Origin: Octopus sinensis
Lineage: Eukaryota
NCBI RefSeq assembly: GCF_006345805.1
Contig: NC_042998.1
Span: 46,190,001 to 46,254,000, forward strand
Length of the DNA: 64,000 nt
Reading direction: 5' to 3'
The notes under the pieces were generated by a model. The model searched no databases. It was not told the origin of the DNA and saw nothing but the letters and a program-made list of their open reading frames with translations. Shown here in pieces: positions 52,166 through 64,000 of the stretch (positions are counted from its first letter, which is position 1; each line of letters begins with the position of its first letter). The position numbers and the translations under genes were made by a program.

Positions 52166-53593
52166 TTTATTTCTTTTAAATTGCCATAAAGGCATTACAT
52201 AGATGGGGACATCATGTTAAGATAAAAATATGATGCTATGAATGAATGACACATGAAAATGAACATGAAAAACATTAAAATCAAAATATTAAAATAATGA
52301 TACATGGATGATAACTTGAGAAATGAGAATTTGAAAAGTGTGTTACTCACCCCACACTGAGTAACACCACTCGCCACCTCTGAGTCCTGAGTCCTCCTTA
52401 GTCTTTGATTTAGTCTTTCACTTACCGTTTTCCCCATCACTGAGTGACAACACTCTCTCCTCCATGTACATGTAACCTTTTTCACCGGGGGAGGGATCTT
52501 GTAAATTTTGTGGTGTCTTCTTTTTTTTCCTGTGGGGGGAGAGAGGGTGAGTCTGCGTGGTCTTGGGTGCAATGGAGTTGGTCTGGGGTCCCACATCACC
52601 CTGACTGTTCTTCCTCTTCTTTCTCTTTTTCCTTTTATTCTCCGTCCCTGTCCATTCATCCTCCTTGTTCCTTCCATCTATCTGTACTTCTTCCTTTTTC
52701 TCTTCCATCTCCAGCACCACTTCTTCTGTAGAATGCAGTGAGTTCTAATGTGGCCTTTCTGGCCACATTTAAAGCATCGTGGAACTCTGCCCTCTACCCA
52801 TACTCTCAATACTATTTCTCCCAACGTCACTGTCCCCACCAAATTTTCCAGTTGCTTCACCTCCACTTGTATGATGATTTCCAATGTTTTTCCTTTATAT
52901 CCTCCTTCCTCCATCTCTATAGCTTGGAGGACAGCTACCTCCTCCTCACTACCAACGAGGACAACTGCCACAACCCAAGCCACTTCTATATCGGGTGGGA
53001 TTCCTTCTACCCTCACCTTAGAAGTCTTTGTTCCAAGGTACGTGGGTAGAAGCACCACTTCCTCCCTTCTCACTGTTGTACTCGCCAGCCTCTTTGCCTC
53101 CTCCGCTGTCCTAAACTGGACAACCACCATCCCATATCCATTTCCTTTTGCTATGTATGTCACTTCCTTCGAAAGCCTCATCAATGCTTTTTCTACTTTT
53201 TCCATTTCCATACGCTCCACCTTCCTACTCTCCACTGAGTACACCTTGAAGGTAATGGTCATCTTTTCCATATTTACCATAACCTTTTATGGGTGTAATA
53301 ACTTTACATCACTGCCAACCTTCTGTGTCATCTTACACAGCTTCTTCAGTCTGGTTAGGTCCACGTCCCTTTTTATCACCTCTGAAGCCTCTGTAAAACT
53401 CTTTACTCTTTCTAACTGCTTGTCCATTCTATTTACCGCCTTAACGAGCTCCTCCTCCACTGAGGACAGGTCATACTCACTAAGGTCTGAATACATTTCT
53501 TACAACACTCACCGACAAACCGCTGCCAAGCAGCTCAAAAAATTCTGTCTGTCTTGTCAAAAATCAACACAACGAATAGAATGATGCATGCGC
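52166..53593 (-). mobile_element. ORF1(gag-like)-only non-LTR retroelement with 14-bp TSD and A-rich tail
   Basis: TSD aggaagcaagcttc at 52152-52165 and 53594-53607. ORF from ATG 53496 has an in-frame stop at 53287-53289 and a frameshift near 52720, and contains CFKCGQKGHIRTHC. No EN or RT sequence inside. Confidence 0.85.
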
Positions 53594-54074
53594 AGGAAGC
53601 AAGCTTCCTACCACACAGCCACATCTGTGCTTTTATGCCACACACACACACACACACATACAGATATATATGTACATATGTGTGTGTGTATGTATATATA
53701 TATATATTATATATATATATATCATACACACACACATATGTACATAGATATCTGTATGGTGTGTGTGTGACACACACACCACACACACACTAAGATATAT
53801 ATGTACATATGTGTGTGTATGTATATATATATATATATATATATATACATACACACACACATATGTACATTATATATCTGTATGTGTGTGTGTGTGTGTG
53901 TGTGCATAAAAGCACAGATGTGGCTGTGTGGTAGGAAGCTTGCTTCCTGCGCATGCATCATTCTATTCGTTGTGTTGATTTTTGACAAGACAGACAGAAT
54001 TTTTTGAGCTGCTTGGCAGCGGTTTGTCGGTGAGTGTTGTAAGAAATGTATTCAGACCTTAGTGAGTATGACCT
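53468..54074. repeat. 607-bp quasi-palindrome with 171-bp identical inverted arms
   Basis: 53468-53638 is the reverse complement of 53904-54074. The spacer is mirror-arranged CA/TA/TG tracts. Confidence 0.9.
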
Positions 54075-54077
54075 TGT

Positions 54078-55353
54078 CAGTGTACATACTCGACAGAGCG
54101 TTAGCACCTTGAGAGAAATGTTGTACCTAAGAAGCATCAGTTGTGGTGTGCAAGAGAGACGATTGCGCTGGTATGGTCATGTGGCGAGAATGGATGAAGA
54201 TAGGTGTGTGAGAAAGTGCCAATCCCTAGCAGTTGAGGAACCCGTGGAAGAGGTAGACCCAGGAAAACCTGGGACGAGGTGGTGAAGCACGACCTTCGAA
54301 CTTTAGGCCTCACTGAGGAATGACCAGAGACCGAGACCTTTGGAAATATTCTGTACGTGAGAAGACCAGGCAGGACAAGTGAGCCCAGCCCACTTATGAA
54401 TGCCTTTCCTCCCTTGGACACAAAGACCGGTTGAGGCAAGCGAAGTCGATATAGAACCTCATCCGACGACAGACACCCATCCAACCCCCCATGCTTGCGA
54501 AGACATGTTGGGGCAAGCAAATCGAAATCGAAATCGAAATCGAAACCGAATTGAACCAGCCAGGATCCCTGGCCTGGTGGTACGTAAAAGCACTATCCGA
54601 CTCGGGGCCGTGGCACGTAAAATACTCCAATGCGACCATACGACAGGCACCATGCCAACCCCCTTTGCTTGTGAAGACATGTTGGGGCAAGCGAAATCGA
54701 ATTGAACCAGCCAGGATCCTGGTAGGGGGTACGTAAAGCACTATCCGACTCGTGGCCGTGGCAGTAAAATACTCCAATGCGACCGTACGACAGGCACCCT
54801 TGCCAACCCCCTTTGCTTGTGAAGACATGTTGGGGCAAGCGAAATCGAAATCGAATTGAACCAGCCAGTATCCCTGGTCTGGTGGTACGTAAAGCACTAT
54901 CCGACTCGTGGCCGTGGCACGTAAAATACTCCAATGCGACCGTACGACAGCACCCTTGCCAACCCCCTTTGCTTGTGAAGACATGTTGGGGCAAGCGAAA
55001 TCGAAATCGAATTGAACCAGCCAGGATCCCTGGTCTGGTGGTAGTAAAAAGCACTATCCGACTCGTGGCCGATGCCAGCACCGCCTCGACTGGCTTCCGT
55101 GCCGGTGGCACATAAAATACACCAATCTGACTGTGGCCGTTGCAGCCGCCTGGCACCTGTGCAGGTGGCACGTAAAAAGCACCCACTACACTCACGGAGT
55201 GGTTGGCGTTAGGAAGGGCATCAGCTGTAGAAACATTGCCAAATTAGACTGGAGCCTGGTGCAGCCTTCTGGCTTCCCAGAACCCCGGTCGAACCGTCCA
55301 ACCCATGCTAGCATGGAGAACGGACGTTAAACGAGACGATGATGATGATGATG
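54078..55353 (+). mobile_element. RTE 3' fragment (RT C-terminus) with a 3'UTR containing four ~150-175-bp tandem units and a (GAT)n tail
   Basis: SVHTRQSVSTLREML...RRLRWYGHV matches the end of ORF 11579-13552. Marker gaagacatgttggggcaagc occurs four times. Confidence 0.9.
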
Positions 55354-55398
<45 letters not shown>

Positions 55399-56659
55399 GT
55401 ATGTGTGGACCTGTTGAGGCAAGTGAGGATCAGAATCGAAATCGATCAATGGAAATTACAGATGTGTTACCGGTGCCAGTGGCATGTAAGAGAACCTTCC
55501 GTTTCGCAACTGTTGCCAGCGCCGCCCCGACTGGCCTCGTGCCGGTGGCACGTAAAAAGCACCATCCATTCGTGTCCGTTGCCAGCCTCGCCTGGCCCTC
55601 GTGCCGATGGCACATAAAAAGCACCATCCGTTTGTGGCCGTTTGCCAGCTCTGTCTCGGACCTGTGCGGGTGGCACTTAAAAAGCACCCACTACACTCAC
55701 GGAGTGGTTGGCGTTAGGAAGGGCATCCAGCCGTAGAAACACTGCCAGATTTGACTGGGCCTGATGAAGTCTTCTGGCTTCACAGACCCCAGTAGAACCG
55801 TCCAACCCATGCTAGCATGGAAAACGGACGCTAAACGATGATGATGATGATATATATATATATATGAGGAGAAGCCCTTCGGTCATGAATGACCATGGGC
55901 TTGCACCTAGAAAGTTAGTCTCCAAGGCACAAGTCCGAGGCAAGTTGAATACTAATTGTAATGTTCAACATTCTTTGAATAGGTAACTAACCAGTACTTT
56001 CATTGGATTTTACTATCCCTTAATGAGAAGAAGAAGAAGAAGAGAAGAAAAATCTTCCCTCTGTTCAGGACTAGATTGCTATTTTATATACTGATCCCAA
56101 AAGAATGAACAGTAAAGTTGGCCATGGTAGAATTTGAACTCAGATTGCAATGATTTGAAACAAATACCACAAAGTAAATTTGCTGATGTTTTAACATTAC
56201 TGCCAACTTGCTGCCTATGTTACACACACACACACATTATGGAACACCATATGCACATTATATATTTCTGTTTGTGAATTCATAATTTATGTTTGTAATG
56301 TAAATCAATAAAGTTTCCCTATGTGGTGAGAAGTTTGCTTTCCAACCACATACTCTGCAACATCTTGGTCAAATGTCTTCTACTATAGCCCTGTGTGAAC
56401 CAGAGCCTTGTGAATGGATTTGGTTGCCTGTCGTTTGTTTGTTTGTTGTATGTATCTATGTATGTGTGTGTGTGTGTGATTATTCAGTTTTATTTCAAGA
56501 TTTCTTGTCATTAGAGAAAGGGCCGGTTTCTAACCTAGATCCTTCATTGCAATTTCAACAACATTATCAAGGTATTTTTGTATGTTTGTATGTATCCATG
56601 TAGGTTTTTATATGTTTTGTTTTATGTATGTATTCTTATGCATATAGTTGCATATCTAG

Positions 56660-57060
56660 ACATGCTCATATATATTTAAATGATAAACTTCTGGAAAGTT
56701 TTACAGTTCCAGTGATGGCTTGGATCTGTAGTCTTTGAATTAGCTTTCTCCCTTCTGGTTTTGAGAAGCCTAATTTCTCAAGATTGGTATTTAGGCAGTG
56801 TGTTACATATCCCAGTGCCCCAATAATTACAGGTATAAACCTGAACTTGTAATCTGGATAGAGTAACTGCAGATTTCTCAATAGTCCAGCGTAAGTATTC
56901 TCTTTTTCATTGATCTTCAGCCTTATATTAACATCAGCTGGACAGTTGATTTCCACAACTGTATTCATTTTCTCTTCTCTATCCCAAATCATTACATATC
57001 ATGTCTATTATCTTTACATTCTATTGAGGTTTCACTGGGACTTTCCACCAGTACTCCTTT
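56660..57060 (-). mobile_element. 3' fragment of an RLE-type (R4/NeSL-like) non-LTR retrotransposon
   Basis: NR(H)D..IWDREEK...VVEINCPADVNI..K..EK..Y..L...FIPVIIGALG pattern of the restriction-like endonuclease C-terminus. Confidence 0.75.
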
Positions 57061-57587
57061 TTATTATGAGTGACTATGTATGTATGTATGTGTATGTATG
57101 TACGTACGTATGTATGTGATTCTGTTTGCCCACCGCCCTACCATTTGACTACTGTTGTTGGTGTGTTTAGATCCCCATAACTTAGAGGTGTAACACAGAG
57201 ATCAATAGAATAAGTACCAGGCTTTGAAAAGATAAGTACTGGGGTCGATTTGCTCGGCTAAGTCCTTCAAGGCGGTAACCCTAACATGACCGCAGACAAT
57301 TAACTGAAACAAACAAAAGACAAAGGTAAAAGATATATGTATATATTATATATTTATGAGGTAAAATATCAAATTTTTTTTGAAAGTCAAGGGGCAATAA
57401 CTCCTATCACTGATTGTAAAATATTTTGATTCTTTCTTCGCAGTTTATGGAGGCATACGAGATTTATAAAGTACAGCTTGCTGTACAATTCGAAAAGTGT
57501 GTGTATTTTTAGCATGAGACACAACTAGTTAGAGCTGCTGTAGAAAACGAATACATATATATATATATATATACACATGTATATGCG

Positions 57588-57635
<48 letters not shown>

Positions 57636-59659
57636 TATATATATACACACAGGAGAGGTAAGAGAGAATTAGATATAAAGTGAAGATCAAAGCAGTCTGA
57701 TCATTTACGTATCTAATATCCTAACCACTAGGCCATGCACCAAGAGATACTCATATATAAAAAGGAAAGAAAAAATATCTTGATTGCAGGAATAAATAGG
57801 TTGTCTGCCGAGGTCGACTTTGCCTTTCATCCTTTCGGGGTCGATAAATTAAGTACCAGTTACGCACTGGGGTTGATATAATCGACTTAATCCCTTTGTC
57901 TGTCCTTGTTTGTCCTCTCTATGTTTAGCCTCTTGTGGGCAATAAAGAAATAAGAAACGTTAGCACGCCAGGTGGAATGCTTACTGGTATTTCGTCTGTC
58001 TTTACGTTCTGAGTTCAAATTCTGCCAAGGTTGACTTCCTTTCATCCTTTCAGGGTTGATAAATTAAGTACCTGTTGTGTACTGGGGTTGATCCAATCGA
58101 CCGGCCCCCTCCCCTAAAATTTCAGGCCTTGTGCCTAGAGTAGAAAAGAATAGGTTGAACAACTGTAGAACTATTACTGGATGTTCCACTATCAGATGTA
58201 TTAAAATGATACCAACACGAAGGTGAAATTCAATACAAAACCAGTATAAAACATGTATATTTTGTTTTTCTTTTATTCTTTAAAGAAGAATATTTAGCAA
58301 TTTACGTCAATCTTATAGAGCAAGATCTAAGAAGAATTAGTTCTCAAAAATGTATTTTCAATCTGATATCACCTATTCTCCATTAATCTGTAGATCTATC
58401 TGTTACACATGCACCTGTTAGTGTACACAAATAGATATATATATATATAAATATTATCTATGTTCTGTGATACACAATCCCTATTTATCGCCCCTACGTT
58501 CATTTTCATTTTATATTTATTTTTTCTCTTCACGATCCCTTTTGATCAGAATTCGACCCTTTTTTTTTTTCTCACGATCCCTTTTGATCAGAATTCGACC
58601 TTTTTTTTCTTCTCTTCTTTCCCAAAAATAAAAGTTCTACTTTGTATTTTGTCCCTTCTATGTTCAGCCCTGCGTGGCCAATAAAGAAATCTATCTATGT
58701 TCTGTTATAGGCACAGGTATTGCTGTCAGTTATGTTTTTTTGGTTCAATCCTATTGCATGGTAATCTTCAATTAAAGCCCTTAGACCAATGAATGCACTG
58801 TAAGTGAATATTGGAGTCAGAACTAGAATAGAACAGAACAGAAGCTTGCTGCGACTACTACTACTACTACCACTACCACCTCCAACACCACCACTGCTGC
58901 TGCTACATTGCCGTCATCATCGTCCTCATTATCATCATCATTGTCTTAACACCTATTTTACTAAGCTTACATAGGTTAGTTGCTGATGGAGATTTTCTAT
59001 GGCAGATACCCTTCCTGTCACCAGCCCTCACCTGTTTTCAAGCAAGGTAATATTTTGCCATGACCAGATATGTCTTTCCACAGAAGACTGGAAGTAAACA
59101 ACATTGTTTGTATGATGTTGATGCTTATTTTACAATCATGATGTCAAAACAAGGAACCCTGCCCCACACATATATTCATACATACACCCATACATACACA
59201 TGTATACATACGTACATACATACATGTACATTATATATACATGGGCTTCTCTCAGTTTCCATCTTCCAAATCTGCTCACAAAGCTTTGAGACTGGGGCTA
59301 TAGCAGAAGACACTTGCCCAAGCTGAACCTGAGACCATATGGTTTGAGAGCAAGCTTGTTAACCACTCAATTATGCTTGTAATCATGGAAAACTAGAAAT
59401 GAACATCACTTGTATGATGGTGATACGCATTTACAACCAACATGTGATGCCAAGATGAAGGCACACATAAACACACACACACACGCAATGCTATATGACA
59501 GTGAGGCAAGATTCCAGGTTTGATCAAGCTGCATGATCAATATAAGTGGTAGTAGTAGTAGTAGTAGTCGCAGAAAGCTTCTGTACTGGTTCTGACTACA
59601 ATATTCACTTACAATGCATTCATTGTAGCTCTTTGCCCTACACAGAAACTGCAGGAGCT

Positions 59660-60557
59660 ACTCAGGGGTATTGCAAATTCTTCTGGATCTAGACTAGTCA
59701 TGTTTAATAAAAAAAAAAAAAAAACATATTTACGTAAGTCTTAACATCATCTTCTTTGAAATAGTCACCTTGCACAGCAATACGCTGGTCCCAGCATTCC
59801 GGCCACTTTTGGAATCTGGCCTGGAAGTTGTTTTCTGTAAGTGAGTTGAGAACCTTTGGTGGTTCACCCTGGATCTCGACAATGGTGTTAAAACAGCAAC
59901 CTCTGAGCTGCATTTGCATGTTGGAGAAGAGATGGAAGTCCGTAAGTGCTAAATGTGGTGAATAGGGTGAGTGCAGAAGCGATACTTTGTTGTTTTTGGC
60001 AATGAATGAGGAGAGTTCAGTAACAGGATGCATTGTTGTCATGAAGAATCTTTACGTTCCACAGATCTGGTTGCTTTTGCCGAATAGCTTAACTCAAATG
60101 CTTCAAAACATTGCAATAGGACTGTCAATTGACAGTCTGGCCCTGGGGAATGAATTCCAATGCACAATGCCTCATTTCCAGGGGTGACGTTTGTGGCAGG
60201 TCTTTCAGATTACTCATCATCTTCCAGATGTTCTACTTTTGAAGTGCTCGGGCTACTCAGAACATTCCATACATCGCCTCATCAGCGTAAGCTGACCAAA
60301 GCATGCTCAATATCTCTGTAGCAGACTTCCCAAGTTTAATGCAAAATTTTACGTTGGCTCTTTATTCCTGTCCAAGACAAAAATCACAGACTACAACATA
60401 TGCATGATCACAAAAACACAAATTTCACAACTTGCAAAGTAAATACGATGTCACTCAGCACACTGCCTCATGGAAGTCACTACCAGCTCTCACTGTGTAT
60501 GCAACCATCTGTCGGTACACTACATAATTAGTCTGGGAATTTTTTGATACCACCTTG
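59660..60557 (-). mobile_element. Second decayed copy of the mariner family at 200-1562
   Basis: ORF 59704-60042 HSPYSPHLALTDFHLF...QGDYF. TIR caaggtggtatcaaaaaattcccagactaatt next to TA at 60558-60559. Confidence 0.85.
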
Positions 60558-62948
60558 TACAACAAATATAACTACACTCATTCAAATTAGGTGCAGGAAT
60601 GCCTATATGGCAAGAAGCTTACTTCCCGTTTACAAGGCTCATGGTTCAGTCCCACTGTATGTTACTTTGAACTGAAGACATGCTGGGACACTGCATAGAA
60701 GGCTTCAGTATTTACTTTAAGTCAAGTACTTATTCTAGTTGTCCCTTTTTGGCAAACTCTCAAGATATGGAGATGTAAACAAACCAACACTGGTTGTCAA
60801 GTGATGAAGCACCAACACAAAACACACAAATTCATATAAATATATATATATAATTATATATATGGGGATACTGTTAATTTAGATGGCTCAGAGGACTCTA
60901 TCTCATAAGTTTCATTTTTGCTTTAGTTTCTATGGCTGGATGTTCTTCCTTAAGGTTAACCACTTTACAGAATGTATTGAGTGTTTTTTCATGGAACCAG
61001 CAATAAAGAAGTGTCGTATTCTTGACACAATTAAAGGGATCTCCTGCCATCATGTCTGCTTCCCTGGGCTTCTACACAATTTCCATCTACCAGATTTACT
61101 CACAAGGCTCTGATTAACTCCAGACTATAGAAGATTCTCAAGGTGCCATGCAATAGGACTTAACCTAAAACTACATAGTTGTGAAGTATCCTTCTTAACC
61201 ATACAGCCATGTTGACAATTTGAACTTAATACTACCACTTAGACTGAAGTGCAGTAAAATAGTCTGCTACATCAAAACTCTTCATAATATTGTACTATGT
61301 CACTGAAAACCAAGGGCACTGTGGTTAGTATAAAGGCATTGTCTTGCCCATCTGACTATCCGGCATTGACATTGTAACTTCTTGGTGAGCTGAGACTCAT
61401 GATAATTACTATGAATCTCTTTGGTTAAAAAAAAAAATCTGGGAAAAGTAAGAATAAATTTTAAGCTTAGTTTGTTGTATAGTTGCAGCTCACACTTCAA
61501 ATTGCTAAAAGCAACCACTAATGCTTGAAATGGAAAATGTCAGGACATTTATAAAGGATTTATATAGGATGTATTTTTAAAATGTTTTCTACTCATTAAA
61601 ATGTTTCCATATCAACAAAAAGAGAAACAATTACTAGTAATATGATATCACTGAAAACTAATAACAGCATTTGTTAATTTTTCTCAGTCGTTTCTTTGCT
61701 ACTGTTTGCTTTGACTTAAGAGTTCCCAGGTCAAAGCAACTTCTGATACTGAGAATAAAATTTCAAAAAGAGAAACTCCTCGAAATAGAATTAGCTAAGG
61801 TTCTACTGCAATTTTGACGATCTGATTTATATAAATGTCATTTAAATTTGGTGAGCAGTCATTGTCGTCATCCTCCTCCTCATTGTTTCAATGTCCACTT
61901 TTTATGCTTGCATGGGCTAGATGGAATTTGTTGAGGCAGATTTTCCACAGCCTGATACCCCTTCTGCTGCCAGCCCCCATCTGTTTCAATGTAAGACCAG
62001 ACATGTTTTCATGGAAGATTGGAATCAAAGGACACCACTTGCATGGTGACATTTGCTTACAACTATCAGATGATGTCAAAGCAAGGAGACAGTAACACAC
62101 ATGACAGGCTTCATTAAGTTTCTATCTATCATATTCACTCAGAAGTGTTTGGTTGACCAAGGGCTTTAGTAGAAGACACTTGTCCAAGGTGGAACTGGAC
62201 CCAAAATCACATGGTTAGGAAGCAAACTACTGACCATACAACCAAGCTATTAAAAACTTTGAAACCACAACTGAATACTGCAAAGATGGATAGCAGTCAA
62301 CAGAATCTGAAGATCAGAGTCTACTATAGTGATGAGTGAAAAGGCAGAGAGAGAGAGAGGATATAAGTATATGATCTCTCAGTGATTAAAAATACAGCAG
62401 TAATTACACTGTGTAAGACGGTTTTCGTTCATGGGTAGCAACTGTTATTTCTTATTTGCTTATCACTAGAAAGTATGAAAAATGGCTAACATTTACTTCA
62501 AATTTTGCTTTTGTTACATATATTCAAAACCCCAAAGACGCCCTCTCAATACATGGTTATGATGCTCCTCCACTATGCCTGCTCATGATCAGAGATGCAC
62601 ATATTGTCAGCCACTAAAGGACATGCTCGAGTGGCTAAGGTTAAGCAACTGACAAGCAAATCTGTGATATTGAGCAGAATATTTGCTATAACGATAACTC
62701 TGCTTCAGCAACTCAGCACTAAATCTGTTTGAAATGTAATGGAAAACAAGTCAGTTTTAAAACATTGATGTCTAAGTGACAAAAAGCAAAGTCTGAAAGA
62801 ATAGTTGTCATTTCCTTTGATTTGTAGATAGAAGCCAATAGGAAATAATACATTACTGACCAAAAAAAAAAAAAAAAAATTGATAGTGTTATCCAATAGA
62901 TATATACTGTATATTCTGGTATACAAGTTGACATGGTATATAGTTTAA

Positions 62949-63167
62949 CCCTTTAACAGTTAAACTGGCCATATCCGAACAAAATATTCTACCAGCTTTA
63001 TTTTCAAACTGGCCAGATTCAGCCTCTTATCCTACAATCTTATTCTAGAAATAAACAATCACATCGCATCATTGAAATCTCAAAGCTACAAAGTAATGCG
63101 TAACTAATTCAAAACAATGTGAATAAAAAGGCATTACATTTGACAGAGAAATCTGAATACTAAATGG
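62949..63167. mobile_element. piggyBac-type MITE; related copies at ~26825-27040, ~34265-34510, ~45020-45140
   Basis: TTAA on both sides (62945-62948, 63168-63171) with CCCTTTA / TAAATGG termini. Confidence 0.6.
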
Positions 63168-64000
63168 TTAAACATTCAAACACTGTCGCTATCTTTCCAA
63201 ATCCTGATGCATTTCACATGAAATTTTTGGTCTTCCAAAGTCATCTTGGTGTATAAATCAACTCACCTCATTTTGGCTGTGAGTTTTGGTCTGAAAACTT
63301 TTGACTTGTATGTTGGAAAATGTAGCTTTTTTTCGTTCTTGTTTTGAATGTGATGAAAGCATGTTCAAGATCGAAGTTTGTTTCCATTTGGTATTCAAAA
63401 CATAACTCTAAACAGCTGTTTAGTAGATAATGGCAACCTCATATTGGCATATGACAAACAAAAAACACGTGATTATAAATTAATAAATAAAGTAAGCCAA
63501 ATTAAATCTATGATAAGCTAAATTAAGTCTATGTCAGTGCAATGATTATAGGTCCAACACAAGGCAAAGAAAAAGTAAATAGGTCAAACACAAGGCAAAA
63601 TAGACACAAAACAAACGGAACAATAAACAAGAGGAAAAAATTAATGCAATTATGCTGTGGAGGAAGAAAAATCAATGTTTTGAACAGTTGCTCTTTATCA
63701 AGACAGGAGAAATAAAAGAAAAAATATTGGAAGGTAAAAATAACACAATGTTAAGTCAGAGATGCAAAATATTTGAATAGTAGGAAGTGAGAGGAGTAAG
63801 AATGTATTATAGCATAGAAAAATAAGCAGTAGGGAAAATAAACATGACAGCCATGAGCGGGTGTAGTAGAGTGAAATATGTTTATGAGTGAGAATGAAAT
63901 GTAATGAATTATATTTAAAATTGTGGGAGCAAATATTGAGAGTAGTGTTTTAATATATATATACATAATAGTGAGGAATAAATGCATGGTGGTGTAGGAT

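Noticed and set aside
52748-53584. 278-aa plus-strand ORF
   Set aside because: Antisense shadow of the purine-rich ORF1 on the minus strand.
58530-58600. Two exact 29-bp direct repeats separated by poly-T
   Set aside because: Most simply a slippage duplication between T runs, with no further structure.

Overview
AT-rich, repeat-dense eukaryotic (metazoan) DNA. The SINE/LINE repertoire looks like an octopod cephalopod (inference). One host gene can be assembled by hand on the minus strand: 8 GT-AG coding exons from ATG 50226 to about 8595/8580, with all splice phases compatible. It encodes a ~260-aa stand-alone FERM domain resembling the SNX17/SNX27/SNX31 type, with no PX or PDZ domain seen. 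The introns and flanks hold nested mobile elements: two RTE-clade LINE types (one with a PHD finger inside the RT, one with three C-terminal C2H2 fingers), several Penelope-like elements (PLEs), mariner/maT relics, an R4-like fragment, Helitron-type elements, MITEs and tRNA-derived SINEs. Three observations stand out. (1) A 438-bp TSD-bounded insertion combines a tRNA-like Pol III head with Penelope terminal repeats carrying minimal hammerhead ribozymes, and a matching near-full-length Penelope copy lies in the same window; this is a candidate PLE-mobilised SINE/retrozyme. (2) A complete TSD-bounded retroelement encodes only an ORF1/gag-like protein. (3) The host gene is a PX-less sorting-nexin-type FERM gene with a possible alternative di-cysteine N-terminus. 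All homology calls are from recalled motifs; no database search was run.
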